Source of the DNA: an uncultured Acidobacteriota bacterium | GTDB lineage: Bacteria > Acidobacteriota > Thermoanaerobaculia > UBA5066 > Gp7-AA6 | NCBI GenBank assembly: GCA_963811425.1 | Contig: CAWERV010000010.1 | Location: 14,072 to 78,071, forward strand | Direction of reading: 5' to 3' | Length of the DNA: 64,000 nucleotides | Part shown: positions 19,156-29,981 of the stretch, one piece after another | Layout: the number at the start of each line of letters is the position of its first letter | How positions within the stretch are numbered: position 1 is the first letter of the stretch | Notes under the pieces: generated by a model | The model's database searches: none | The model's input: only the letters and a program-made list of their open reading frames with translations | What the model was told of the DNA's origin: nothing | Translations under genes and position numbers: made by a program

Positions 19156-22100
19156 CTACTCCCACCAGTACTTCGCCCTCTTGCGCTCCCTCGATCCGGT
19201 CTCGTTCAGCGTCGCCGCGTCGTAGAGGCGGCCGTTGACCATGGTCCATACGACCTTCTCGGACTGGTGGATGTCCTGGAGCGGGTTTCCGTCGATGACG
19301 ACGACGTCGGCGAGCTTGCCGGCCTCGAGCGAGCCGATGTCACGGTCCAGGCCGAGGTATTGCGCGCCGGATTGGCCGTTGCGCAGCGCAGCGCCTCGTG
19401 AGGCGTCATCCCGCCCTGGACGAGCATCCACAGCTCCCAGTGCAGGCCCAGGCCTTCGCGCTGGCCGTGCGCGCCCGTGTTAACGGCGACGCCGGCGCTT
19501 GTCGAGGTTCGCGGCGATCTTCGCCTCGTTGAAGTGGTTGTACTCATCGTCGGGTGACATCGTGCGGCGGCGCGAGCGCGGATCGAGGATGAACGCGCGG
19601 CACGAACTTCGACAGCAGCGGGTGCTCCCAGACGTTGGTCTTCTGGTACCAGTAGTTCTCGCCGAAGAGGCCGCCGTACGCCACGATCAGGGTCGGGGTG
19701 TAGCCGACCTTGCTCGGCGGCCAGAGCGCCATGCACGTCCTCGTACGCGTTGGGAACCGGGATCGAGTGCTCGACGCCGGTGTGGCCGTCGACGACCATG
19801 GTCATGTTCGTGCTCGAAGAGCGAGCCGCCCTCGGGCACGACCATCATGCCGAGCTCGCGCGCGGCCGCGAGGATCTGCTGGCGCTGCTCGCGCCGCGGC
19901 TGGTTGTAGCTCTTGACCGAGAACGCGCCCACCGCCTTCATGCGGTCGAGGTGCGCGCGCGCGTCGTCGAGCGAGTCGATGTCGGCTTTGAAGTCGCCCG
20001 CCGCGCCGTAGAGGATCGTGCCGGTCGAGAAGATGCGCGGGGCGCGCATCATGCCGGCGCGGGCGAGCTCGGCGGCCGAGAAGACCTCGCCGGTGTCGTT
20101 CGAGGGATCGTGAACCGTGGTGACGCCGAAGGCGAGCGAGGCGTCGCTGTGCCAGTTCTGCTGCGGCACGATCTCGTCGGCGCCGAAGGAGCCGTGCCAG
20201 TGCACGTCGATCAATGCCGGGCAAGCACCGTCTTGCCGGCGACGTCGATCGTCTTCGCGCCGGCGGGAATCGTGACACGCTCCGCGCTTGCCGACGGCCT
20301 TGATCCGGTTGCCCTCGACCACGACGACGCCGTCCTCGATGACCTCGTCGCCGTTCATGGTGACGACGCGGCCGCCGATGAGCGCGATCGTGCCGGACGG
20401 CACGTCGACGCGGAGCGTTGAACGAGATGTTGACGCCCTTCGCCGGCGCCTCGGGGAGTTTCTCGGCGCGCCGGGAAGGAACGCGAAGGCGTCCTTCAGG
20501 TCGCGCTGGTAGAGCTCGGGCCCGAGCGCCCAGTAGAGCCGCGAGGAGTCGCCGGACCAGTGGAGGATACTCGCCCGCCTCCCTGCGAGACGCGCGTGAC
20601 GGGAACGGACTTGCTCTTCGGGCCGATGTCGACGCGTCGGCCGGTCTCGACGAACGGCGTGACGAATGCGTTGAAGCCCTCGCGGAAGGCCACCCACTTC
20701 CCGTCGGGCGAGACCTCGAACTCGGTCGCGACCTCCGAGAGGTAGTGCTCGTGCTCGTCCGAGCCGTCGAGCTTGATCGAGCGAGAATGCGTTTCTCGGG
20801 CGCGATCTGGTCGTCGCCGCCCTCGGTCTTGACGAAGAAGACGCGGTCGCTAGCGATCGCCGAAGTGCGGCGCCGCGCCGTCCTCGGTGAGGAGCGTGGA
20901 CTCTCCGCCGGCGGCCGCAACCTAGTAGAGGCCGGGGTCGGCGGACCACGCGGTCGAACGCAGATAGCCGCCGCTCGTCCGGGCGTACACGATCCTCGCG
21001 CCGTCGGGCGAGAAGACGGGCTCGAGGTAGTGGCCGGGTTTGTCGGTCACGACCCGGGAGGCGCCCGAGGGGACCGCGGCGACGCGGACCGAGCCGAGCG
21101 AGTCGTCGTTCCAGGTCGAGTAGACGATCGACTTCGCGTCGCGCGAGAACGACGGGAAGTACTCGTAATGATCGGTCTGCGTCGTCAGGCGTCTGCGGCG
21201 TGCCGTTCGGGAGATCGCGGACGTAGATGTAGCCGAGCGCCTGGTAGACCACGCGCGCGCCGTCGGGCGAGACGGCGACCCAGCGGATCATCCGGACGGG
21301 GAAGGTTGGAGCGCTCCCCTGTCCGTCGACGTACGGCGCGGCGGAGGCCTGCATCACGCCGGTCGGCACGTCGACGGCGAAACGCACGGCGTTCGCGGCC
21401 TTGCGCGAGTCCTTGACGTGGAACGGAATTTCGGCGACCTGCGCGGGCTTCGCACCCACCTCGACGCGGCGGATCTTGCCGCCGGCCCAGAGGACGACGG
21501 ACCTGGAATCCGGCGTCCACGCCATGCTCGGGTAGACGCCCTGGACCGCCCAGGTTTCCTGCATGTCGCGCTCGAGGCCGTCCCAGACCGGCCGCTCGAC
21601 GCCGGACTCGAGGTCCTTGACGAAGAGCGTGGACTTGTAGCGGACGCGGCGGACGAAGGCGAGGGACTTGCCGTCGGGCGAAGGCGTTGGACGGATCGAG
21701 CCGCCCGGTCCGGTGACGTAGCTGATGATCTTGCCGGTCTGACGGTCGAGGCGCTTGATGACGTAGATCTGGCCGTTCGGATCCTTGTTGTACTCGAAGA
21801 TCTTCCCGGGGGTCGAATCCTCGGACCAGTAGAGGTAGCGTCCGTCCGGCGAGAACGCGGGCTCGCCGTCGTCCTTCTGCTCGGTCGCGCGCTTGGTCAT
21901 CTGGAGGCCCTCGCCGCCGGAGCGGTGGTAGAGCCAGATCTCGCCGGCGCCCAGCGAGCGCGTGCCGGTGAAGTGCTTGCGCGCGGCGATGTACTGCGAG
22001 TCGGGCGTCCAGGCGGGGCTGTTCGGGAGGCGGAAGGACTCCTTGGTGACCTGCTGCGGGTTCTTGCCGTCGCGATCCATGATCCAGATGTTGTCGCCGC

Positions 22101-22494
22101 CGGAGCGGTCGGACGTGAAGGCGATCCACTTGCCGTCGGGCGAGTAGCGGGGCTGCATGTCCCACGGGATGCCGGATGTCAGCGCGCGCGCCTGCCCGCC
22201 GGCGATCGGAATCGTGTAGATGTCGCCGAGGAGATCGAAGACGATCTCTCTGCCGTCCGGCGAGACGTCGAGCGACATCCAGGTCCCGGTCGAGACGTCG
22301 AGCGGGATGTTGACGTCGTAGGGGTACGGCGGATTCGCGACGTCCCATTTCGGCTTCTCCTTTTCCTTCTCCTTCGCAGGATCCTCGCCGCCCGGCGCCG
22401 CCAGAGGCTTGTCGACGTGGGGATTTGGCCGGTCCTGCGCGAAGACGGGTCGAGCGAGAAGCAGCAGCAGGGCGACGAGGAGACGGTTCTTCAT
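19156..22494 (-). pseudogene. TolB-like beta-propeller / amidohydrolase fusion protein, disrupted by ~13 frameshifts
   Basis: N-terminal 435 aa intact in one frame (signal peptide, repeated PDG/SPDG propeller blades). Downstream segments are spread over all three frames: TTQTDHYEYFPSFSRDAKSIVYSTWNDD..., SDRVFFVKTEGGDDQIAPEK, ILHWSGDSSRLYWALGPELYQRDLKDAFAF, LRVDVPSGTIALIGGRVVTMNGDEVIEDGVVVVEGNRIKAVGKRG, LIDVHWHGSFGADEIV...ELGMMVVPEGGSLFEH, MTMVVDGHTGVEHSIPVPNAYEDVHGAL, SKVGYTPTLIVAYGGLFGENYWYQKTNVWEHPLLSKFVPR, GVAVNTGAHGQREGLGLHWELWMLVQGGMTPHEALRCATANPAR and C-terminal LADVVVIDGNPLQDIHQSEKVVWTMVNGRLY...KYWWE. One junction reconstructs as a missing A in gaaaac (FEHENMTMVV). Confidence 0.8.
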
Positions 22495-22594
22495 CCGGCA
22501 GTCCTTTCGATATCGGGCGGGGGAATCTTAATGGAGACGGCCGAGACCGAGTGCCTTAGGATCACACCGACCGGATTTTCGAAGGAGAACCGAC

Positions 22595-22948
22595 ATGCGC
22601 AACCTGCGACTCCCCGCGGCCGTGCTCGTCGCCGCCTTGTGCTGCCCCTTCCTGCTCCAGGCCCAGGAGCCCCGAAAGATCACCGTCGTGGCGAAGAGGT
22701 ACGAGTTCCAGCCCTCCCGCATCGAGCTGAAGCTCGGCGAGCCCGTGGAGATCACGTTTCAGAGCGAGGACACCAAGCATGGCTTTCAGTGCAAGGATCT
22801 GAATCTCGAGAAGGTCGTCTTCGACAAGGAGACACCGGCGACGGTGAGGTTCACCCCGGAGAAGGCGGGGACGTTCGCCTTCAAGTGCGCCAGGTTGTGC
22901 GGGTTGGGCCACGGGAAGATGAGAGGCGAGATCGTCGTCGCTCCGTGA
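22595..22948 (+). CDS. secreted cupredoxin-like domain protein
   Basis: 117 aa with signal peptide, SD GAAGGAGAA. EITFQSEDTKHGFQ...FKCARLCGLGHGKMRGEIVV gives H..C..H.M copper-ligand spacing. Confidence 0.65.
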   Translation: MRNLRLPAAVLVAALCCPFLLQAQEPRKITVVAKRYEFQPSRIELKLGEPVEITFQSEDTKHGFQCKDLNLEKVVFDKETPATVRFTPEKAGTFAFKCARLCGLGHGKMRGEIVVAP

Positions 22949-22949
22949 G

Positions 22950-23447
22950 CTACCGCCGTCCGATGCCCCTGGTCATCTCCTCGAGACGCAGGCGGTCCAG
23001 CGATTCCATCGGCAGCGCCGTGAACAAGCCGACGCGGCGATAGATCTCGCCGGCAACGCGCTTGACCACACGGCCGCGATCCTCACCGGTTCCGGCGGCC
23101 GAATCCGGATCCTCGGACCCCCAGTGCGCAACGATCGGCTGGCCGGGCCAGATCGGGCAGGACTCCCGGGCGTTGTCGCAGACGGTGATCACAAAGTCGA
23201 ACTTCGTGCCGCGAAACTCGTCCCAGGACTTGCTGCGCGCCCCGCTCGCATCGATGTGGTATCCGCCCCTCAAGAGCTCGAGCACGTCCGGGTTCACGCG
23301 CCCCTTCGGGTGGGCTCCGGCGCTGAACGCCTCGAACCGGGTCGGCGCAAGCCGCCGCAGGAAGTACTCGGCCAGGATGCTGCGCGCGGAGTTTCCCGTA
23401 CAGAGAAAGAGGACCTTGAACTTCTTCTCGTGGAAGTCTGCGATCAT
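22950..23447 (-). CDS. arsC: arsenate reductase, LMW-PTP family (thioredoxin-coupled)
   Basis: Start is M129 of the track ORF, with AGGAGG SD. MIADFHEKKFKVLFLCTGNSARSILAEYF has the CTGNSARS P-loop. Confidence 0.85.
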   Translation of the reverse strand: MIADFHEKKFKVLFLCTGNSARSILAEYFLRRLAPTRFEAFSAGAHPKGRVNPDVLELLRGGYHIDASGARSKSWDEFRGTKFDFVITVCDNARESCPIWPGQPIVAHWGSEDPDSAAGTGEDRGRVVKRVAGEIYRRVGLFTALPMESLDRLRLEEMTRGIGRR

Positions 23448-24540
23448 GACGATTCCTCCTGCGTAACGTAAGCCGGGTCGAACCACCTTCGAGTCGAGAT
23501 GCACATCCGGCAGACCGACAACATCACCGGCACTTCGACGAGCACGCCGACGACCGTCGCGAGGGCGGCGCCGAGCTCGGCCCAAAGAGCGCGATCGCCG
23601 TCGGCCACGGCGAGCTCGAAGAAGTTGCTCGCGCCGATCAGCGCTCCTGGAGCCGCGACCTCGTAGCGGACCTTGAACAGGCGCATCAGCCCATAGACGA
23701 GCGAGGAGTTGAAATAGACCTGGATGAGAATCGGGACCGCGATGAGCAGCCACGTGCAAGCCAACTGGGTCGTGATGTTCTCCGCCTGGAACGCGAAGAT
23801 GAGCACGAGCGTGGCGAGCAGGGCGACGCATCGTGACTGGCGGAAACGCCGGCAGGAAGCGGCGTGCTCAACCACTCCCGGCCTCGTGCGCGGATCAGAG
23901 CGATGCCTGCTCAGGGATCCGAGCAACCAGCGGGACGACCACGAAGACGGCCACGGCTGATGCAGCAAGCACGCGAAGAGGCACCTCGAGGCCACGCGGC
24001 CCCGCAGACGAGAAACTGTCACGATCGGCGCGAATGCGACGAGCATGATGAGGTCATTGATCGACACCTGGACCAGCGTGTAGGCGGGATCGCCGTCGGT
24101 CAGATAGCTCCAGACGAAGACCATCGCCGTGCAAGGCGCGGCGGCGAGAATGATGAGGCCCGCGGTGTACTGGCTCGCCAGTCTCGGCGCGATAAGCGAG
24201 CCGAAACACGTTCCGGAAAAAGAGCCACCCGAGCAGACGCCATCGAGAACGGCTTCACCAGCCAGTTCACGACGAGCGTGACGAGCAGACCCGCGGCTGC
24301 CGGCCGACCCGCGGCAATCGAGCCGAAATCGATCTTCAGCATCATCGGGTAGATCATCAGCCAGATCAGGATCGCGATCGGGACGTTGATCTTGCTCCCC
24401 GCGCCAAGTTCGAGGCTCCGCAGCCGCGCCGTCCATTCGGGCAGGAACCGCCCGAGGGTGATGCCCAGCAGCATGCAGAGCGCGACCCAGACCGAGAGGT
24501 AGCGCTCGAACGTGGGGATGCGCCTGGGCGTCGTCACCAT
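23444..24540 (-). pseudogene. acr3: ACR3 family arsenite efflux transporter, disrupted by at least 3 frameshifts
   Basis: N-terminus (ORF 24100..24540): FERYLSVWVALCMLLGITLG...[22 protein letters not shown]...[16 protein letters not shown]. Middle and C-terminus in another frame (ORF 23444..24436): [50 protein letters not shown], then junk, then VALLATLVLIFAFQAENI...LLIAVPILIQVYFNSSLVYGLMRLFKVRYEVAAPGALIGASNFFELAVA. Confidence 0.8.
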
Positions 24541-24596
24541 GCGTTCGAGTCCCTACTCCCGACCGAGAGGGCCCGCTCCCAACCCTCGGCTCTCAG

Positions 24597-25013
24597 CTAC
24601 CGGGCGCAACACGCGGTCTCGGCCTCGCGCGACTCGTTCTCGATGTCTTCGAGCACCGTGTAGACCTCCCAGCGATTCCCGTCGGGGTCCGAGAGCCAGA
24701 ACTTGTCCTGGAGCGCGTAGCAGCAGGCTTCCCGCTTTTCCTCTTCCGAGACGACGCCCCGTGCCTTCAGCTCATTGCGCCAGCGACGGACCTCGTCGAT
24801 CGAATCCACGCGGATACCGAGATGCGAGAGAGATCCGCCGGGCGCTTCGCCACGAAGCCCCGGCTGGAGCGCCAGGTGAATCTCGGGCCCCTCGCCGACG
24901 AACTTCGCGTAATCCGCCTTGAGCTTCTTCGGCTCGCCGAACAGGCCCCGGTAAAAGGCGACCGACTTCGAGAGATCCGAGACATTCAAGGAAACGTGCA
25001 CCGCAGAAGACAT
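24597..25013 (-). CDS. ArsI/CadI-type VOC (glyoxalase-fold) metalloenzyme with C-terminal Cys-Cys
   Basis: Start ATG 25013 (GGAGG SD): MSSAVHVSLNVSDLSKSVAFYRGLFG...HLGIRVDSIDEV...EEEKREACCYALQDKFWLSDPDGNRWEVY. Vicinal CC pair as in ArsI/CadI. Confidence 0.65.
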   Translation of the reverse strand: MSSAVHVSLNVSDLSKSVAFYRGLFGEPKKLKADYAKFVGEGPEIHLALQPGLRGEAPGGSLSHLGIRVDSIDEVRRWRNELKARGVVSEEEKREACCYALQDKFWLSDPDGNRWEVYTVLEDIENESREAETACCAR

Positions 25014-25068
25014 GACGACCTCCATTTCTATCAATCGAAAAGTATCGGATTCGTCAGGCCAATTTTTT

Positions 25069-25377
25069 TTAGACCGCCTTCGCCAGCCGATCCGCGAGGC
25101 TCGCGATTGCCGGCTCGTTGCGCGAGTAGTAGATCCAGCGGCCGCGCTTCTCGGCCTTGACGAGTCCCGCGCGGCGCAGGAGACCCATGTGATGCGAAAT
25201 TGCCGCCTGCGAAAGCCCGACTGCCGTCTCGACGTCGCAGGCACAGAGCCCGGGCTCGTCGCGGGCGAGCAAATCGCAGCACGACTTGCCACGCGCCTTC
25301 AAGAGATCGAGGATCTTCAGCCGCGTCGGGTCGCCGAGCGCCTTGAAGACCGGAGCCAGATCCTCAGGCTGTTTCAT
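25069..25377 (-). CDS. arsR: ArsR/SmtB family metalloregulator
   Basis: 102 aa. GDPTRLKILDLL...GKSCCDLLARDEPGLCACDVETAVGLSQAAISHHMGLLRRAGLV: HTH plus Cys metal-binding sites. Confidence 0.85.
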   Translation of the reverse strand: MKQPEDLAPVFKALGDPTRLKILDLLKARGKSCCDLLARDEPGLCACDVETAVGLSQAAISHHMGLLRRAGLVKAEKRGRWIYYSRNEPAIASLADRLAKAV

Positions 25378-25451
25378 ATATCGAGAAGTATAGATGTATT
25401 AACGAGCCGTGTCAAGCTCGTTTTTGGCCGGTCCGAGGGCCTTCGCGGCGC
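25378..25451 (-). promoter_or_regulatory. probable ars operon promoter/operator region (AT-richer: atcgagaagtatagatgtattaacgagc)
   Basis: Only notably AT-rich stretch in the area, immediately upstream of arsR. Inferred, not proven. Confidence 0.35.
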
Positions 25452-26690
25452 TCAGGATGACAGGCTCTCGCCTTCCGCGACGAAGTGCCTGCCCTTCTGC
25501 TCGGAGCCGAGCAGAAGCAGGGCGGCCAGGATGAGGATCGTCGCGGTCTCGAAGGAGGCGAGCGCCCAGCCATAGCCGATGCGGTTGCGCAGGGCGTACT
25601 CGATCGTGTTGACCGGTGCGGCGAGAAGGATGCCGAGCTGGTAGGCGAGGCCGGGCACGAGGCCGCGGGCGGCGTCGGGCGACAACTCGTTCAGGTGCGC
25701 CGGGATGATGCCCCAGGCGCCCTGGACCCCCATCTGCATGAAGAAGGCCGCGGCCGCGAGGACCAGGAGCGAGCCGCCGAACGCCCAGGCCGGAATGACG
25801 AGAAGCGAGACTCCGAGGGCACCCACCATGCTGTAACGGCGCCCGATGCGTTCCGAGAGATGCCCGAAGACGATCGCCCCGAGCACCGCGCCGACGTTGT
25901 AGAGCATCGCCACCTCGGCCACGGTCGGCGCGGGAATCCCGTGCCCCATCTTCAGGAAGTCCGGGTACAGATCCTGGGTGCCATGCGAGAGAAACATCAT
26001 CATCGTCATCAGGGCGACGAGGTAGACGAGGCGCGGCGCGAACCTCCGGACGACACCGCCGATCGCCGCGAACGTCGGCGCCCGATGCTGCTTCCAGGCC
26101 TCCGACTCCGGGACGTGCCACCGGATGTAGAGGGCGAGCAGAGCCGGCGCCCCGCCGACCCAGAACATCGCCCGCCAGCCCCAGGCCGGCAACACGAGCC
26201 GGGCGGCGACCGCGGCGAGCAGATATCCGATCGAGTAGCCGCTCTGGAGAATGCCTGAGAGCATTCCGCGCCAGCGGCGAGGCGCGCTCTCCATCGCGAG
26301 CGACGCTCCGACGCCCCACTCCCCTCCCATGCCGATGCCGAAGAGGGCGCGCAGGACGAGAAACGCGGCGTAGTTCGGCGCGAATCCGCAGAGCACTTCG
26401 ATGATCGAGAAGAAGATGACGTTGGCCATCAGCGGAATGCGCCGGCCGAATCGGTCGGCGAGCAGGCCAAAGATCACGGCGCCGACCGGGCGCATCGCGA
26501 GAGTCGCCGTGATCGTCCAGACGATCTCCTTCTTCGTGACGCCGAAGCGCTGAGCGAGCGTGTCGACCAGGAACACCACGACGAAGAAGTCGAACGCGTC
26601 CATCGTCCAGCCGAGAAAGCCAGCCGAGACGGCGTGGAAGCGCTTGCGCGCAGACAGGGTCGCGGAGGCCCCGGAGGCTGGGGACGTCAT
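25452..26690 (-). CDS. MFS transporter
   Basis: Start is M405 of spurious ORF 25452..27902: MTSPASGASATLSARKRFHAVSAGFLGWTMDAFDFFVVVF...GRRIPLMANVIFFSIIEVLCGFAPNYAAFLVLRALFGIGMGGEW... About 12 TM segments, intact. Confidence 0.8.
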   Translation of the reverse strand: MTSPASGASATLSARKRFHAVSAGFLGWTMDAFDFFVVVFLVDTLAQRFGVTKKEIVWTITATLAMRPVGAVIFGLLADRFGRRIPLMANVIFFSIIEVLCGFAPNYAAFLVLRALFGIGMGGEWGVGASLAMESAPRRWRGMLSGILQSGYSIGYLLAAVAARLVLPAWGWRAMFWVGGAPALLALYIRWHVPESEAWKQHRAPTFAAIGGVVRRFAPRLVYLVALMTMMMFLSHGTQDLYPDFLKMGHGIPAPTVAEVAMLYNVGAVLGAIVFGHLSERIGRRYSMVGALGVSLLVIPAWAFGGSLLVLAAAAFFMQMGVQGAWGIIPAHLNELSPDAARGLVPGLAYQLGILLAAPVNTIEYALRNRIGYGWALASFETATILILAALLLLGSEQKGRHFVAEGESLSS

Positions 26691-26710
26691 GGGGAAGCCG
26701 GGTTCGCCGC

Positions 26711-28635
26711 TTACGGCTTTCCTGCCGGGGCCGGCCTGAGCGGCTTTCCGATCGCCGTCAACAGGTCGGCCCGCGAAGCATCGCGCTCGAGGTGCGGATA
26801 CCGCTCCCCGCCGGGGTAGTCCACCTTTACGGTCTGGAACATCTCGACGTTCTCGACGAGCAGCTCGATCGGCTCTTTGCCGCCTCTTGCGGCCTTCAGC
26901 GCATCGCGCAGAACGCTCTCCGAATAACGCCGGCCGTTGACGGCCACGAGCCGCATTCCGGGCGCGATTCCCGCCGCAGCCGCAGGCCGATCCGGGATGA
27001 CGTCGCGGATCACTCCGTCTTCCGGGCCCCCCGAGCTGCCGTCGCCCTGGACCATGATCCCGAGCGAGTACCAGAAGTCGTAGAGCTTCGACTCCGATTC
27101 CTCGGCCTGCGTGAGTGCCGGCTGGATGTCCGTGTAGACGAGCCTCCATCCTCCGTTTTCGATACCGCCGAGCGGCGCGTGCGGCGCGACCCGGCGCACG
27201 CGAGCCTCGAAGAAGCCGTTCCAGTCGTACGGCTCGACCGCGTTCGAACGCCGCGATCACGTCCTCGAGCGGTAAGTCTGGACGGCCGGCGCCCCGCCCG
27301 GCGGTCCGTGGAAGGCGCGCAGAAGTCGTCGAGCGACCTCTTTCCACCAGACCGCGTTCGGATGAGCGTGTCGGCCTCGAGCCAGATGAGCGTCGCCCTC
27401 CTCGTAGTAGTCGACGCCGCGCCGCCAGTCGGCCCACTCGGCGTCGCGCGAACGTACAGCAGCTGCGCCGCGACCGCGGTGTCGGCGAGCGGCCGCCAGG
27501 AGCGCCCGGCCGGGCGCCTCCAGTGCGCGCGCCACGAGCGCGAAGTTCTCGCGATACAGGTCCGGCGTCCAGAGGCCGCAGCGAGCGGCCGAGCACGTCG
27601 CCGTAGGTACTCGCGTCAGCCCTTCGTAGACCCAGAGCAGGTAGCTGTCCATGGCCGGCTGGTAGTCCGCCGACATGCGCACCAGGCCCGGCGGGCCGGC
27701 GGTACTTGCCGTTCCAGGAATGCACGTACTCGTGCGAGAGGAGCGAGCCCAGCACCTTTCTCGCCGAGTCGTCGACGAGCGCCCGCTCGGCGGCCGCGGT
27801 TGTCGCTCGACTCGTGGTGCTCGAGGCCGGTCTGGGGCACGTGATCCGAGAGCGCCAGGAGGAAGTGGTAGTCGTCATAGTGCCGCGCACCGAAGAGGGC
27901 ACGAGCCTCCGCGACCAGATTGCGGTAGTGCGCGGCGTCCTCCGGCGAGATGGCGACGGCCGCCGCGCTCTCCCCCGCGATGTGGAGCCAGTGCCCGGGC
28001 CTTTCGCCGGGCGTCAAATCCACCGTCTTGAAATGCAGGCCGGCGAGCACCGGCGAATCGACCAGGGTCACGAGCGTGACGGGCGCAAAGGCGATCGTGC
28101 CGTCCGCATCGCGCGCGACGGGTAGTGACGTGCCGTACTTCCAGCCCGACGGCAGCCGGAGCGATGCGGAGAACATCGCCGCGTTGTCCCTCGACCCGCC
28201 GGGGTAGAGCAGCACCGACCACCAGTTGACGACGGCGAGATTGGCGGTCCCCGTCGTATACGACGTCAGGGGCGCGACATAGTCGAACGCCACGTCGATC
28301 CCGGCCGACCCGGCCGGTACGTCACAGGCGAAGCTCCACATGTCCAGCGGATCGCGCCTCCAGGAAAGCGTTTGACCCGCGGCGGACATCTTCAGCCCCA
28401 CCAGCTCCGTGATCAGGCCGTCCGGCGAGTGCTCGCCCGGGATCCATTTCGGGTAGACCAGAATCAGCGGGCCCGGTGGCGCGGGGATCTTCTCGCGGAC
28501 GTGGAAGATGCGCCGGGGCGCCTCGCTCGCGTCCACCGCGAGCGTGATCGGCGGCGCCGGTTGAGCCAGGACCGTGGCGGCCGTCGCGCCCAGACACGCC
28601 GCCGCGACGCACAGGAGCGCCCCGGGCATACGCAT
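26711..28635 (-). pseudogene. M61 family glycyl aminopeptidase with C-terminal PDZ domain, disrupted by at least 3 frameshifts
   Basis: N-terminus (ORF 27616..28635): signal peptide ...HYDDYHFLLALSDHVPQTGLEHHESSDNR. Middle (ORF 27257..27682): SADYQPAMDSYLLWVYEGLTR...VDYYEEGDAHLARG. C-terminus (ORF 26711..27199): ...DGVIRDVIPDRPAAAAGIAPGMRLVAVNGRRY (PDZ). Confidence 0.75.
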
Positions 28636-28672
28636 TCCACCTCCCTGCCGAATCCGCAGTTTCCGGAAAACT

Positions 28673-29968
28673 CTATCGTGCCCGCGCCGGCTCCGCGGGC
28701 GCCTCGTTCCAGCCCCCGGCCGCTTCGGGCGCGGGATAGATGCGACGCAGGATCGGCGTCGTGATCACGGTGGTGAAGAGCGCCATCGTCACGAGCCAGA
28801 AGAAGGCGGCCGGCGAGATGACGCCCATGTCCGCGCCGATGTTGATGACGACGAGCGCCATGAGTGCCCGCGTGTTCATGAGAAGCCCGATCGACAGGGA
28901 CTCCTTCCAGGGAAGCCCGCTCCATCGCGCCGCGAGCGCGGTCGCACCGAACTTCGACGCGCAGGAGACGAGGACGACGAGACCCAGCGCCGCCCAGAGC
29001 CGCGGATCGGACCCCAGCGAGCCCACGTCCGTCCGCAATCCCGAGAAGACGAAGAAGATGGGCAGGAACAGGATGGCGACCAGATCTCCGATGGAAGTGC
29101 GTATTCCATCCACGAGGTCCCGGTTGAACGAGCCGGCGATCCCGCACAGGAACCCGCCGAAGATCGAGAACACGCCGAGCGCGTTGGTCGCCGTCGCCGC
29201 GGCGAAGACAACCACGAGGACTGCTGCCAGTGCTGCCGGCGTGAGCCCTCCGGTCTCCGAGCGTCGGATCGACAGGCGTGCCAGACCGAAACGCCCCGCT
29301 GCCCAGAAGGCCGTCCCGAGCACGGTCACACCGGCGACGGACAGCCCGAGGGAGCCCAGGTCCGCATGGCCGTGCGTGGTCATCGAGACGACCGCGCCGA
29401 GAAGGATCCATCCGAGCACGTCGTCGATCGCAGCGGCCGTGATCGAGGTCAGGCCCATGCGCGTGCGCGTCAGCCGCGTGTGCATGAGGATCCGGCCCAT
29501 GATCGGAATGGCGGTGATCGAGACCGCCGTCGCGAAGAAGAGCCGGAACGCGAGCTCCGGCGCCGCCACGGGCGAGAGCGCGTACAGGTAGCCCGCCAGC
29601 GCGTAACTCGCGGCGAAGGGCACGACGATGCCGGCTACCGCAACCAGGGCCGAGGCGCGCGCTGCCTGGCGAAGGCGGTCGAACGGAAACTCGAGGCCGA
29701 TGAGAAGCATCAGCAGCACGAGCCCCACCTGGGCCATCGCAGAAAGCACGCCGCTCGGCTTCGGGGCGAGCATCGTCTGGATCGCACCCGGGTACAGGCG
29801 ACCGAGCAACGACGGTCCCAGGATCACTCCCGCCAGGATTTCGCCGACCACCGGGGGCTGACCGACCCTGCCGAAGAGCCAGCCGAACGCCCGCGCGGAC
29901 GCGATGATGATCGCGAGGTCGGCGCACAAGAGAAGCAGCATCTTCTCGAGGGCGAGATACGAGTCCAT
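28673..29968 (-). CDS. cation:proton antiporter (CPA2/Kef-type Na+/H+ exchanger family)
   Basis: 431 aa, ~12 TM. GEILAGVILGPSLLG...LLIGLEFPFDRLRQ...LLMNTRALMALVVINIG. Confidence 0.85.
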   Translation of the reverse strand: MDSYLALEKMLLLLCADLAIIIASARAFGWLFGRVGQPPVVGEILAGVILGPSLLGRLYPGAIQTMLAPKPSGVLSAMAQVGLVLLMLLIGLEFPFDRLRQAARASALVAVAGIVVPFAASYALAGYLYALSPVAAPELAFRLFFATAVSITAIPIMGRILMHTRLTRTRMGLTSITAAAIDDVLGWILLGAVVSMTTHGHADLGSLGLSVAGVTVLGTAFWAAGRFGLARLSIRRSETGGLTPAALAAVLVVVFAAATATNALGVFSIFGGFLCGIAGSFNRDLVDGIRTSIGDLVAILFLPIFFVFSGLRTDVGSLGSDPRLWAALGLVVLVSCASKFGATALAARWSGLPWKESLSIGLLMNTRALMALVVINIGADMGVISPAAFFWLVTMALFTTVITTPILRRIYPAPEAAGGWNEAPAEPARAR

Positions 29969-29981
29969 CGTCTCTCCCGTC

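Noticed and set aside
20418-21416. 332-aa plus-strand ORF, and other R-rich ORFs in 19.7-22.4 kb
   Set aside because: Antisense or out-of-frame to the TolB/amidohydrolase gene. Composition is dominated by Arg/Ala/Pro.
25380-25440. Weak stem GAGC...GCTC + TTTTT near the arsR upstream region as a terminator
   Set aside because: 4-bp stem only and the wrong strand for the upstream MFS gene. More likely part of the ars promoter/operator.
26691-27902. N-terminal 404 aa of 816-aa ORF 25452..27902
   Set aside because: Junk extension. The MFS transporter starts at M405 (26690). The region actually encodes the M61 peptidase in other frames.
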